A stretch of 64,000 nt of DNA, taken from the IMG/VR virus record IMGVR_UViG_3300031918_000006, positions 32,001 to 96,000 of that record; one strand, given 5' to 3'. Source of the stretch: a virus. Positions 39,312 to 49,473 of this stretch are shown in pieces. A program made the translations under genes and the position numbers. How positions within the stretch are numbered: position 1 is the stretch's first letter; each line of letters begins with the position of its first letter. The notes beneath the pieces are model-generated. The model worked only from the letters and a program-made list of their open reading frames with translations, searched no databases and was not told where the DNA came from.

Positions 39312-40452
39312 GTATACACTTGAATATAGGTAGATTAGGCACTCCTTTTGGTGAGAGATGGAAGAATTTAATAGTAGCCATTTTTCCTATATAATCTTTA
39401 ATATTTTCAAGATATTCAACTCTTTTAGCCACATTACCTGTGGGTTTAGCTTCAAATGCTATTCCTTTATCAGTAACTAAAGTGAACACCATATCCTCAG
39501 GACGAAGTCCTTTAGAACAACCGGTAATTTTAAACTCTGCATCTTGCATGAGTTTTACCTTAATCATACGTTTATCACGCCCACCTATTTTATATGTAGC
39601 AGAAGCGTCTCTCCAAATACCTCCTTCATAACCTTCTGAAATCCATTGGTCGTGGAGTTTCATAATAGTATCTATATCTTCAGATTCAATCTTAATGTGT
39701 TCAACTATAACTACTTTATCAGTAGTAGGTTGGATTTCTTTAAGAATTTTAAGTCTCTGCTCAAAAGTTAAGTCATCTGCTACAATATCAAAAATCCAAT
39801 ACTGTAAAGCATCATGTCTCTCCGGAATATATTCTCTTTTGCGGGCATGTCCAGAAATTTCATCTAAGAATTTCCCGTGACAATATATTTCACCATCTAG
39901 TTGATAATCTGGATACTTGTCAAAGAAAGTCTTAAAACAACCATCTTTAACTATTTCAGTACAAGCAGGATCATAGTCCTTACCTCCTCTGCTTACAGTA
40001 CCCATAAGTTTTTTAACCATCCTTACTCCGTCAAGTTTACGTGAAAGATAACCTATCTTTCCATTAATTATACGTAGTATTCTAGTTATAATAATTTTTC
40101 TAGCCTCATCTTCAGAGACTAATGAATCTATTTTACCTCTAGAATCTAGAGCTAACATAGGTTTTTTATTTCCGTTTCTATCTGTTTTGTGTTCAATAAG
40201 GTCAGTAATCTCATCTTTATATCCTTTGTCATAGGCTTTATTTATAAGACTATTAAATTCTAATTCCATTTGAGTTTTAATACATCTACCTGCTTTTCCT
40301 ATCTTTATTTCTAAAGTAGGTTGAGAGACATCTGTTCCTCCAACTAAACCAGAGGATCTTTTAATTTCATATCCAGGAAATTTATCAATAACTTGAAAAG
40401 ACACATATCGTGTCTTTCCTTTGCTATCAACATTATACAATGTTTTATCCAT
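39295..40452 (-). CDS. lig: ATP-dependent DNA ligase
   Basis: KLDGVR adenylation motif, LDGEIY, IFD, EGGI, MIKVK. Confidence 0.9.
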   Translation of the reverse strand: MDKTLYNVDSKGKTRYVSFQVIDKFPGYEIKRSSGLVGGTDVSQPTLEIKIGKAGRCIKTQMELEFNSLINKAYDKGYKDEITDLIEHKTDRNGNKKPMLALDSRGKIDSLVSEDEARKIIITRILRIINGKIGYLSRKLDGVRMVKKLMGTVSRGGKDYDPACTEIVKDGCFKTFFDKYPDYQLDGEIYCHGKFLDEISGHARKREYIPERHDALQYWIFDIVADDLTFEQRLKILKEIQPTTDKVVIVEHIKIESEDIDTIMKLHDQWISEGYEGGIWRDASATYKIGGRDKRMIKVKLMQDAEFKITGCSKGLRPEDMVFTLVTDKGIAFEAKPTGNVAKRVEYLENIKDYIGKMATIKFFHLSPKGVPNLPIFKCIRETDE

Positions 40453-40771
40453 TTTTGTGATCTTCTATAAATTTGTCTAATAAAGATAATGCTTTCATTC
40501 TATCAGAATAATATCCGGACATTATAGCAGTTTTTAATTCTTCATAAATATCTCTTAAAGTATTTATCGGCAAGGGTTTTATTACCATAGGAATTATTTC
40601 TTTATACATAATTCCAGTTTCATCACTTCTCTCTGAGGGTAAACAACATGTATTAGAACATTCCCCTTTATATTCAAAATAACATCCAGCACATCCTTCT
40701 AATGGGTCAGGCACAACCATAAGAGTAATACCTTTATAATCAAATGTATCCCCAATTTTATGCTCTTCCAT
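40445..40771 (-). CDS. Small Cys-rich hypothetical protein
   Basis: CAGCYF...CSNTCC, a possible metal-binding site; overlaps its neighbours in the operon. Confidence 0.6.
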   Translation of the reverse strand: MEEHKIGDTFDYKGITLMVVPDPLEGCAGCYFEYKGECSNTCCLPSERSDETGIMYKEIIPMVIKPLPINTLRDIYEELKTAIMSGYYSDRMKALSLLDKFIEDHKNG

Positions 40772-41630
40772 AAATTATAAGATTTCTTGGTATATTATAA
40801 GGATTATTTCGTTTGAAATCAGAAGCATCATGTCGTTTTTTAATTTTCAAATATACTTCTTCTTTTACAGTTGTAGGAAATCTAACCATCTTTAAAAGAC
40901 ATTGATCTACTTCAGCATAACTAGAAGCACCTAGTTGATCTAAATCACTATTTGTAATGCCTAGACCATCTGTAGGAGTAGCATCTATACAAGCTCCTAA
41001 AGCATAAGCTTCAGCTTGTTTATCTTCTAATTCCAATTGATTTACTAAATACTTAGATAAACCATATACTTCTGTTTTCCAGAGATTTTGAAACATTCCA
41101 TAGTCACCAACGTCACCATGTAAAGTCCAGAAACCTAATAGATACTCAGTAAAGTTATCTGTGGAGAGAACCATGCCTTTATTATACTGAGCTAGATTGT
41201 AAAGATAAATCATTCTCATACGAGCTTTAATGTTACCCATACGTATCTTTTTCTCAAATTCTGATTCTTTTTTTAAAGGATCTATAATAAAAGTATCCAT
41301 AGTGTGAGATAATTGCTGAAAAGGAAATCCCAGATCCATCTCATGAAATTGAGTACAAAAATGTTTACCTATACCTAAGGCACGATTAATCTCATCTTTG
41401 TGATTACTCTGAATCGGAATACTTACTCCAATTAAAGGTATATTTAATTCATCACAAATAGGTTTAGCTAAAACTGCGCATAAAGCAGAATCAATACCTC
41501 CTGAAATTCCTAATACTAGAGATTTTAATCCACTATTAGATAAGTAATCCATCAATTCTTTTCTTATGTTATCACACATCAATTCATAATCAGTTTGAAT
41601 TTCTAATTGATACGTTGTATCTGTTATCAT
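40758..41630 (-). CDS. nadE: NH3-dependent NAD+ synthetase
   Basis: LGISGGIDSA, GNIKARMRM, TDNFTE..LGFWTLHGD, PTDGL. Confidence 0.92.
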   Translation of the reverse strand: MITDTTYQLEIQTDYELMCDNIRKELMDYLSNSGLKSLVLGISGGIDSALCAVLAKPICDELNIPLIGVSIPIQSNHKDEINRALGIGKHFCTQFHEMDLGFPFQQLSHTMDTFIIDPLKKESEFEKKIRMGNIKARMRMIYLYNLAQYNKGMVLSTDNFTEYLLGFWTLHGDVGDYGMFQNLWKTEVYGLSKYLVNQLELEDKQAEAYALGACIDATPTDGLGITNSDLDQLGASSYAEVDQCLLKMVRFPTTVKEEVYLKIKKRHDASDFKRNNPYNIPRNLIIYGRA

Positions 41631-42778
41631 AATTTTAATTCTTTTTTACAGGTTATTATTTCTTCCGAATCACCAGTATTTTTTCCCAGATCATCTGAGA
41701 TTTTAACTGTATGCTTATCACCAACTTTACTTAATTTAATTACTATATTTAAAGGTTTTATTCCAGTAATATCATTGGTTATATAAGTACCCACACCATA
41801 AGTTTTATCCAAGGTGGCATTAGGTCTATAAGAGTCAATTGCATTAATTTTCTCTAAATTTAGAGAATCACTATACATCACTCCTTTAGCTTTTGCAATT
41901 TTATTGTCAAGTAAATATTTCAAAACTAAATCAGTATAAATTAATGGATCACCACTATCTTGTCTAAAACCATCTAATTCTCTAGCATCTTTAGGATCTA
42001 AATTACTAAAGAAATGTGTAGAAGTATAAGTGTCTGTTAAGACTATATTTAACTTTTTATCATACACAGTTTTCCAAGTTTTCATAGCTTTTTCATTAGC
42101 TAAGATATATCCAAATTTAGCACCATGAAACATTATCCATTCATGAGCAGTAGTTCCTTTAATAGGAAGATTATGGATCATTCCAAAATACATATTACTG
42201 GTTCCTCTTAAACCATTATTCATTTTTAGAATACTGATAGCTAAGGATTGTGCTAATTTAGAAAATCTTCTACGAGTCCCAAACTCAATAATATGATAGT
42301 CTTTTTCAGACATAATCCTTCCTTTTTCGGCAGTACGAGTTTTAAAATCACTTAAACTTGTATTAGGATTTTCAATTTCAAAATATACTTGTGAAATTAT
42401 AGCCATAAGTGGAACTTCCCAAAGGATAATATTTTTCCAATTTCCTTTAATTTTTATAGATAAATTAGAACCTGATCCTGTAATAATTACATCTTCCGGA
42501 TTAAATCTATAATTTTTAATAAATTCAAAAAAATCTTCGTCAAATAGAGAACCTAAATCTTTTCTTAAAAAAAGTTCTTCTATTTGAGTTAAACTAATAT
42601 TTGACATAAGTTTAACTTGTTCTCGAATTTCTGCACATACTTCTGGGGAAAATTCTCTTTTATCTCTATTATGGAATGTATACTCAACCTGTTCTGTAGG
42701 ATAAGTTTTTAGTACAGCATTCAACATTGTGCATTTGTACAAATCATTGTCTAAAAGACTAGTTATTATTTGGTTCAT
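41627..42778 (-). CDS. pncB: Nicotinate phosphoribosyltransferase
   Basis: LLDNDLYK, EFGTRRRFS, GTSN, GTTAHEW, RQDSGDP, SDSL, GVGT, NIVIKL, VKISDD. Confidence 0.92.
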   Translation of the reverse strand: MNQIITSLLDNDLYKCTMLNAVLKTYPTEQVEYTFHNRDKREFSPEVCAEIREQVKLMSNISLTQIEELFLRKDLGSLFDEDFFEFIKNYRFNPEDVIITGSGSNLSIKIKGNWKNIILWEVPLMAIISQVYFEIENPNTSLSDFKTRTAEKGRIMSEKDYHIIEFGTRRRFSKLAQSLAISILKMNNGLRGTSNMYFGMIHNLPIKGTTAHEWIMFHGAKFGYILANEKAMKTWKTVYDKKLNIVLTDTYTSTHFFSNLDPKDARELDGFRQDSGDPLIYTDLVLKYLLDNKIAKAKGVMYSDSLNLEKINAIDSYRPNATLDKTYGVGTYITNDITGIKPLNIVIKLSKVGDKHTVKISDDLGKNTGDSEEIITCKKELKL

Positions 42779-43290
42779 GATGGTCTCATTATGTATTTAT
42801 TAGTATTTTCAATCTCAGGCATTTCGAATCCCTGTTCTTTGGCTCTCATCTTTTTATATTCTATAAATCGATTATTATAAAGTTCAGCTAAATCAGTTTG
42901 TACTCTTCTAAGTACCTCTAACTCATGTTCGGACCAGTATTTAGCGGCAACTCCTGCTTTAAAAGCAGCGTCATCATTAAATGGAGTTCTAAAATGGCCA
43001 TAAACTTTAATTAGTCTAAAATACCACCACACTCTTCTTTTATGTCTTTCTGGCCATCCACTCCTTCCTGTATGTTGTACTGTTATGTTACTAAAACTTA
43101 CTCCAGAAAATATATTTCCTGAACTACTTGCAGTTAGAGTACCTGTTGAGGTAATATTCCCTGAACTACTTGCAGTTAGAGTATCTGTTGAGGTAATACT
43201 ACCACTCATTGCATTAACTACTATTGCGGGTTGTGTCATATCTAAATTTAAAAAAATAGCGAATCGGTTTCCCAATTCGCTAAAAAACAT
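42775..43290 (-). CDS. Hypothetical protein with an internal 14-aa tandem repeat
   Basis: ITSTDTLTASSSGN-ITSTGTLTASSSGN; ATGA overlap with pncB. Confidence 0.6.
   Translation of the reverse strand: MFFSELGNRFAIFLNLDMTQPAIVVNAMSGSITSTDTLTASSSGNITSTGTLTASSSGNIFSGVSFSNITVQHTGRSGWPERHKRRVWWYFRLIKVYGHFRTPFNDDAAFKAGVAAKYWSEHELEVLRRVQTDLAELYNNRFIEYKKMRAKEQGFEMPEIENTNKYIMRPS
43112..43198. repeat. 42-bp tandem duplication (2 near-identical units)
   Basis: ATATT(T/C)CCTGAACTACTTGCAGTTAGAGTA(C/T)CTGTTGAGGTA starting at 43112 and at 43154. Confidence 0.9.
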
Positions 43291-43293
43291 TAA

Positions 43294-43749
43294 TTAAAAT
43301 GGTAAGTCATTTGTGACTTCTATTTTTTTTACTTGCATAAACAAGTTTACATTTTTTTGGATGAAATCAATTTGCTGAACTAAAATAGCATTTACCATCT
43401 CACGACCTAATGCTCCTCTAGACTCGGTAGAGATTTGCATCATTTGTTTATTAGGTTTTAAAGCCCTACCCTCTGCAATCATAGTACCTTTCACAACATC
43501 ATACTTATCAGTAGGGTTAGTAATAGACAATCCGATAGAAAGTTCTTTAACTATTCTATCTTCATTCCAACGGGTAATAGTTTGGACTGATTTGCCTTTA
43601 ATCACATCCCATTTGGTTTTTTGATTAGGCTCTTGGTATTTGACAACCTCCAATACTCCAACTATTACTGCATTATGTTGCACTGCATTACTGTCTGTGA
43701 TAATAAATTCTTTTACAATTGTTTCATGCGAATCTGAATCTTTTTTCAT
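43294..43749 (-). CDS. Hypothetical phage protein
   Basis: ORF in the operon; LSIGLSITNPTDKYD...G..IAEGRA is a pattern I recall from phage proteins. Confidence 0.6.
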   Translation of the reverse strand: MKKDSDSHETIVKEFIITDSNAVQHNAVIVGVLEVVKYQEPNQKTKWDVIKGKSVQTITRWNEDRIVKELSIGLSITNPTDKYDVVKGTMIAEGRALKPNKQMMQISTESRGALGREMVNAILVQQIDFIQKNVNLFMQVKKIEVTNDLPF

Positions 43750-43760
43750 GATCTTATTTT

Positions 43761-44225
43761 TTAAATTAACGGGATTGAATCCCCATATTTTTTATTAAGT
43801 GCTTTATTTATACCATCCAGAATTACTCTTGTTTCTGGGGTTACTCCGTCTACACTTGTAAGACGAAACATTTTTTTCCATTCATATTTAGAACCACTTA
43901 CATAAAAATCTGTTCTTATCCCTAGTGGTAAAATTTTGAAGGCTATTTTAGGGGAAACCCCTGCTGCAATCAAACTGAAGTAATTAACTTCTGCTGCTGC
44001 ACATCCATCATGATATATTAATTCTGCTAAAGAATTTTCTATCATAGTTTCAGGAGTGATGATAGAGATTTCATCTGCCCTAATATCATCTGAGATTGTT
44101 TTAACTTCTATATAAGAACTTATTTCTCTACAAACTAATGCATCACTAGTTATTGCAACTATTATGTTATCAGTCTCTCTAGATAATAAATCTATAATTT
44201 CAAAATGTGGTGTTATATATTTCAC
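43761..44225 (-). CDS. Degenerate ThyX-like protein
   Basis: AEVNYFSLIAAGVSPKIAFKILPLGIRTDFYVSG..YEWKKMFRL resembles the ThyX C-terminal half, but the RHRxxS motif is absent. Confidence 0.55.
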   Translation of the reverse strand: MKYITPHFEIIDLLSRETDNIIVAITSDALVCREISSYIEVKTISDDIRADEISIITPETMIENSLAELIYHDGCAAAEVNYFSLIAAGVSPKIAFKILPLGIRTDFYVSGSKYEWKKMFRLTSVDGVTPETRVILDGINKALNKKYGDSIPLI

Positions 44226-44521
44226 TCTTCATTGGTTTTATAAGTAAAAGTCTTAATATCTGCACTTTGATGAAAACCATTTGCTTGACAAGATGGTTTA
44301 AATACTGTAACTTTTATTTCATAACAGTCTTCCACTTCATTGTAAGATAATCTGGTTTCACTACCAATAGTCTCACATTTTACAGTAGTAATAACTCCAT
44401 GATTTCTAGAACCTACTCTACTTGCAGTTCCTTTACTTCCATACACATCACCAAACATAAAAAGTCCTTTAGGTTTAGCCATTAGCTTTTCTCCCATCGG
44501 TACCAGTATGGCCAAAGCCAC
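44222..44521 (-). CDS. Hypothetical protein (true start probably downstream of 44521)
   Basis: Fills the gap between dut and the ThyX-like gene; ATGA overlap at its 3' end. Confidence 0.5.
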   Translation of the reverse strand: MALAILVPMGEKLMAKPKGLFMFGDVYGSKGTASRVGSRNHGVITTVKCETIGSETRLSYNEVEDCYEIKVTVFKPSCQANGFHQSADIKTFTYKTNEE

Positions 44522-44921
44522 CCTCGCCTCTTTCTGTTTCAGATAGTTCTACTGATTTTTCCCATTCTATTGACAAGACTTCAGCCCAAACAAGTTGAGC
44601 AATTCTATCTCCAGGATTAATTGTAAATGGATCTTTAGAGAGATTTACAAGAATTACTTTGATTTCTCCTCTGTAATCAGCATCTATGGTTCCTGGGCTA
44701 TTTAAGACCGTTACACCATGTTTAAAAGCTATTCCAGACTTTGGTCTCACTTGTATCTCAGATCCCTTAGGAACCTCTACAAATAGACCTGTAGGAATAG
44801 CAGCTCTCTCAAGCATACCTAAAATAATAGGTTCTGTAATATTGGCACTAACGTCCATTCCCGCTGCCCATCTAGTTTCATATCTAGGCAATGCATTATC
44901 TGATTTGTTTATAATTTTCAT
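44475..44921 (-). CDS. dut: Trimeric dUTPase
   Basis: AAGMD, RPKSG, NSPGTIDADYRGEI, RIAQL, RGEGGFGHTG. Confidence 0.95.
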   Translation of the reverse strand: MKIINKSDNALPRYETRWAAGMDVSANITEPIILGMLERAAIPTGLFVEVPKGSEIQVRPKSGIAFKHGVTVLNSPGTIDADYRGEIKVILVNLSKDPFTINPGDRIAQLVWAEVLSIEWEKSVELSETERGEGGFGHTGTDGRKANG

Positions 44922-45949
44922 AACGGTTTTTGTATTAATTGTCTATATTGAATCCAACCTTTAAAATTTCCAGACCATAGATGACCTTTTGAGTCTGAAT
45001 GTGTAAATCCACTTCCTACTCCTAAATTATAATTACTAATTGTGGGAACTTGAGCACAATGTTCAAAAGGACTCATATGCTTATTTTCCAGTAAGTTATC
45101 ATGCAATTGAATATCTTTATGATAATCTATCTTTCCATCAAAATTATTGTAAGATGTTCTTGCACAACGTGCTGTAGCTACTTTAAGTTTTAATTCATTT
45201 TCTAATGAACCATGCCAAATAGTAGTACCAGATGGTATATTTTCTCTAATAAAATCTTTTAAATTAATTCTATCACCAAATGGCATATGCCATTCTCCAA
45301 GTTTTAAGGACTTAGGAGTGCTTTCTATCATTGCATCATACATTGCTTCAGCTAAAGCTTGTATATGTATTTCTGCTCCAGAATGACTTAAGTTCCACCA
45401 TTCCCATTCATTTAATTCATAAGGAAGTGTATGTACTTTTTCTAATTCTTTTCTTGATTTATAAAAAACATCAGGTTCAGTATTTACTGCATATTTTGGA
45501 CATCTTAATTCAAAGAATCCGCTAAATTCAGTAGCTGTTACCAGTACTTTATGCCATAAAAATGGCTCTAAAAGACGGTTACAAAGTTGTTTTGTTATAT
45601 TACTTTCACTAAACTGTATTGCTGCTTTCAATGCTGATTCTTTTGCATTTATCCAACCCCAATAAGGACTATTTGGATTTTCTTTTCCTGGTAAATATTC
45701 TGTACCTTGCATTCCAGAATGATCTTTTTGCCACGCAATTGGAATAAAAGGATCTTCTATTACAGATGCCACCATTTTATAAAATGGAATAGCTCTAGAA
45801 GAAGCACTATTTCTACTAAAAACTCTATGAGTCATTAGTTCCGAATGTATAAATCTCGGATATGTTAAAACATAAGTAGTGATCCTATCTCCCTTTGGGG
45901 ACATAGAATCACATATTATTTCTGCATTTATTTTGTTCATTAACCACAT
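44918..45949 (-). CDS. thyX: Flavin-dependent thymidylate synthase (likely start 45940)
   Basis: HSELMTHRVFSRNSASSRAIP, KQLCNRLLEPF, ARCARTSY, HMSPFEH. Confidence 0.88.
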   Translation of the reverse strand: MWLMNKINAEIICDSMSPKGDRITTYVLTYPRFIHSELMTHRVFSRNSASSRAIPFYKMVASVIEDPFIPIAWQKDHSGMQGTEYLPGKENPNSPYWGWINAKESALKAAIQFSESNITKQLCNRLLEPFLWHKVLVTATEFSGFFELRCPKYAVNTEPDVFYKSRKELEKVHTLPYELNEWEWWNLSHSGAEIHIQALAEAMYDAMIESTPKSLKLGEWHMPFGDRINLKDFIRENIPSGTTIWHGSLENELKLKVATARCARTSYNNFDGKIDYHKDIQLHDNLLENKHMSPFEHCAQVPTISNYNLGVGSGFTHSDSKGHLWSGNFKGWIQYRQLIQKPL

Positions 45950-48354
45950 TTGTTATAACCACAATCCACATCAGAACATTTTACACATCCTTCAATACGA
46001 ATCATTTTTTTACCACATTCAGGACATTTTTCCTCTAAAATAGCCTCTATTGCATATTTTGCAAGAGTTCTTGTAATAGCTTTACAGAAAGCAGTCACAG
46101 AAGTTGGAACTTGTCCAAGTTGATCTATGATAAAGTTTAAATCAATTCCTTGTCTTAAACCTAAAACAGAGATCATTCTTGTTAAAGCCTGCTCTTCATC
46201 ACTTCCAAAATAATTTGCAATATTTTTTATAGTGACTGATTCAGTCTCTAAGTTATAATTTTTACCTACTTTTACTAAATTACCCTTTTTTACAGCTTTA
46301 CCTAAAGAAATTTCCATTTCTTTAAAAGCAAAGATTTCATATGGTTTATCTTTAAATAATCCTACAATTACTAACCAATCATCTCCAGAGGCTTTCAAGT
46401 GATGTATATCACAAGGAAGTGTTTTAGGACGTTTAGTTGTTATTGTTTGAGGATCACTTTTTTCAACCTTTTTTAACACTGCAGACATAGTACCTGCTCG
46501 ATAAGTAGTTAAACCTTTAATCGTCCCAGTTTTCCAAGCCTTAATATAAAGACTCTTAAAGTCTTCATAAGGATAGTCATTTGGTAAATTAATAGTCTTA
46601 CTTAAAGCTGCGTCTACATAACTTGAAACTATGGTCATGATACTTAAATGAGCATCTACATTTAACTGTTCAGTAGTTTTGGCCCACTCAGCTTTTGGAT
46701 CCCACTCACCAATACTTTTAAGATAATGTACAGCATAATCTTCAACTAAGGATTCTTTTACGTATCCTCCAGTTTGAGACCATTTATAAGTTATTCCGTC
46801 TAAAATAGTAGATTTAAATTGTGTATCACCTTCCATTTTAGTACCAAGCCATTTATCATGAGTACCTAAATCTCTTGGTAACACGTCTACACCATGAGTT
46901 CTTATATATTCTGTCATAAAGACAGGTTCAAATCCCCCAGATATATTATTAGCTAAAATACCAGTATTTCCTGTTGGTTGTACTGAAGTTAAATGGCTAT
47001 TTCTTAAGCCATAAAGCTTAATAAGATCCATAGTTTCAGAAGTTAGAGCTTGAGTCCAAAAATCAGATTCTAAGAAATTCTCATAATTCCATAAAGGAAA
47101 TGGTCCTTTTTCTTTAGCCAATAAAGCAGAGGCTTGATAAATTTGATTAGTTACAAATTCAAAGTACTTCTTAACTAAGAGTTTACTTTCTTCAGATCCA
47201 TACTCAACTTTTAATATCATTAAAGCAGAACCTAAACCAGTTACACCGATTCCAATTCTTCTCTTATTCTGAATTTCTGTATATTGTTCTGGAAGTGGCA
47301 TAAATGTCACATCTATTACATTATCTAACAATCGGACAATTGAAGGGATATGTACTTCTAAGGCATCATAGTTCCAATCTTTCCTATCATCACTGATAAA
47401 TTGAGTAGCATTAATACTACCTAATAAACAAGCTCCTCCAATTGGAAGTGGCTGTTCTCCACAAGGATTAGTAGCATTTATAGTTTCGATAACTTTTAGA
47501 TTATTCATACCATTTACGGTATCAATAAACAAACAACCTGGTTCTGCTCTATTATAAGTAGAGGTCATTATTAAATTATACAATTCTCTAGCTGGTATAG
47601 TCTTATAAACTATAATTTTTCCACCTAGTTTTTGCCATCCTTCAATATCACCATCCCAAGATTTTTTATAAAGAGGTTTATCTGCCTCAATATCAGGAAA
47701 TATTAATTGCCAATCTTCATCGGCAAGTACAGCTTCCATAAACTTATCTGTTAATAGCACTGACATATTGAATTTAGTCAATCTACCTTCAGTTTGTTTC
47801 GCTGTTATAAATTCTAGAATATCAGGATGCCACACATAAGCTGTAACCATTTGAGCTCCTTTTCTATTCTTTTTCTTACCTTCTGTATTTTCTAATCCAC
47901 TTCCTGAAGTTATAACTCTAGATTGTGTATCCCACATATCTAATTGAGCTACACTACCTGGAGTAGAACTTCCAATTCCTTTAATCATAGCTCCTCTTGG
48001 TCTCATTACTGAGCAACAGAATCCATAACCTCCCTCGGATTTTAAAATAAGAGCCTGTCTCCTAAGTTCGGCCATGATGCCTTCCATAGAATCTTGGTCT
48101 TCTCCTCTAAATCCAGAGACAAAACAATTAATATAACTTGTTGATTGATAATCGGTACCAGCATTAGAAAGTATTCTACCTCCTGGGACGAATTTAAAAT
48201 TTTCTAAGGCTGAGTAAAAATCTTTTTTATACTTACCTGAATCGGCCTCAGCCTCGGATAACTTTTCAGCTACCCGAAGCCACATGCCTTCAATTGATTC
48301 TTCTTTATACTGGTAAGTAGTCTTAAATATTTCTTCTGACAGCTTATTCAACAT
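45940..48354 (-). CDS. nrdJ: Class II (AdoCbl-dependent) ribonucleotide reductase with C-terminal Zn ribbon
   Basis: PGGRIL, NCFV, TNPCGEQPL, RRIGIG, PTGNT, SKTIN, terminal CPECG...C..C; no small-subunit gene nearby. Confidence 0.88.
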   Translation of the reverse strand: MLNKLSEEIFKTTYQYKEESIEGMWLRVAEKLSEAEADSGKYKKDFYSALENFKFVPGGRILSNAGTDYQSTSYINCFVSGFRGEDQDSMEGIMAELRRQALILKSEGGYGFCCSVMRPRGAMIKGIGSSTPGSVAQLDMWDTQSRVITSGSGLENTEGKKKNRKGAQMVTAYVWHPDILEFITAKQTEGRLTKFNMSVLLTDKFMEAVLADEDWQLIFPDIEADKPLYKKSWDGDIEGWQKLGGKIIVYKTIPARELYNLIMTSTYNRAEPGCLFIDTVNGMNNLKVIETINATNPCGEQPLPIGGACLLGSINATQFISDDRKDWNYDALEVHIPSIVRLLDNVIDVTFMPLPEQYTEIQNKRRIGIGVTGLGSALMILKVEYGSEESKLLVKKYFEFVTNQIYQASALLAKEKGPFPLWNYENFLESDFWTQALTSETMDLIKLYGLRNSHLTSVQPTGNTGILANNISGGFEPVFMTEYIRTHGVDVLPRDLGTHDKWLGTKMEGDTQFKSTILDGITYKWSQTGGYVKESLVEDYAVHYLKSIGEWDPKAEWAKTTEQLNVDAHLSIMTIVSSYVDAALSKTINLPNDYPYEDFKSLYIKAWKTGTIKGLTTYRAGTMSAVLKKVEKSDPQTITTKRPKTLPCDIHHLKASGDDWLVIVGLFKDKPYEIFAFKEMEISLGKAVKKGNLVKVGKNYNLETESVTIKNIANYFGSDEEQALTRMISVLGLRQGIDLNFIIDQLGQVPTSVTAFCKAITRTLAKYAIEAILEEKCPECGKKMIRIEGCVKCSDVDCGYNKCG

Positions 48355-48727
48355 CTACTCCTGGTTCTACTGGTTTTGGTATTTCTGGAACAACAATAGC
48401 TTCGATAGCTTCCTGCAGTTTTCTCATATAAGAGGCATCAGCAGCCAAATAAGCCTGTTTAATGTCATCATATAAGCTAGAGGTAATATCTATGTCTAAT
48501 TTATATTCCAAGCCTGAAAAACCACTTAAAATAGCAGCTTTAAAGGTATCTTTAGTATCTATATTTTCTTTTGTGAAACATAAAATATAAGAGTAGGAGT
48601 TAATCTCCTTGTCAAATATAAATGCTTTTAATTTTTCTACATTCTCGTTGATTGAGATCTGAACTTTTCCACCTTTAGCAGGATCTAAGTTGTTATCTAA
48701 AAATACGAGAATTTGATTAAACATCAT
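48344..48727 (-). CDS. Hypothetical protein
   Basis: Overlapping operon ORF. Confidence 0.6.
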   Translation of the reverse strand: MMFNQILVFLDNNLDPAKGGKVQISINENVEKLKAFIFDKEINSYSYILCFTKENIDTKDTFKAAILSGFSGLEYKLDIDITSSLYDDIKQAYLAADASYMRKLQEAIEAIVVPEIPKPVEPGVDVE

Positions 48728-49473
48728 AAAATTGAATTAATTAACAGAGTTCTCTCTGCTGGGTTAATAATTTCTTTTTTGTCGTCTGTTATAATTTGTG
48801 TGAAAGCATTGTACACATTAAACATAGACACTTCTTTTGTTAGAGGAACATAATATTTAGAATCTTCATTAATAAAAACACTCTTATATGCCTGGATTGC
48901 TATATCCGGGGATAATTTTACAGAATGTATGCTATTAACATGTTCTTTACGTAAACAATTGTCTACCCACTTTCCTAAATAATTAAGCACTTCTCCTCGA
49001 TCTAAAAATGTTTCCTTCAACGTTTTGATTTCGTTGTCAAAGTTACTTTCCATTTCTAGTAATTCTTTTATATTGTACTTCATGACAGTTTCTGGAAGTA
49101 ACTCCTGTACCGTGATCCATTTCGGATCAAATACACTTAAGTTCATACAAGCACTGTTTAAGTACCCTCTATATATTTTATATAAAGGTTTTCTCACGTC
49201 TAAAGCATAGATAAATCCTATAACTTCTTGATGATCTTCCACTGAATTTTCTTCTGGTAACAATGCTTGAATCCACACCTTATTATAGGTAATGTCTTTA
49301 ACAGCTTGCTCAGTAGTTAATTGAGATGGTAATATAGCATTTATAATGAAATTGTCTGTAAAATCAGACATTTTTTCAATAAAGGGGTTTACATATTTTT
49401 CGGTAGAGAAGTATTCTTTTCCTTTAATAGTAGTTGCTTTACCCTTAATTAGATTTTCTAATTGTAAAATCAT
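48724..49473 (-). CDS. DUF932-like phage protein
   Basis: ACMNL and MFNVYNAFTQ resemble the CxN and wxxyNa.T motifs of DUF932. Confidence 0.5.
   Translation of the reverse strand: MILQLENLIKGKATTIKGKEYFSTEKYVNPFIEKMSDFTDNFIINAILPSQLTTEQAVKDITYNKVWIQALLPEENSVEDHQEVIGFIYALDVRKPLYKIYRGYLNSACMNLSVFDPKWITVQELLPETVMKYNIKELLEMESNFDNEIKTLKETFLDRGEVLNYLGKWVDNCLRKEHVNSIHSVKLSPDIAIQAYKSVFINEDSKYYVPLTKEVSMFNVYNAFTQIITDDKKEIINPAERTLLINSIL

Noticed and set aside
43112-43198. CRISPR array or DGR template/variable repeat
   Set aside because: Only two directly abutting units with no spacer, in frame inside a CDS; no reverse transcriptase in the window.
45940-48354. Intron or intein in nrdJ, dnaB or the RNAP
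   Set aside because: Lengths and motif spacing look ordinary; no LAGLIDADG/HINT motifs or non-coding interruptions seen.
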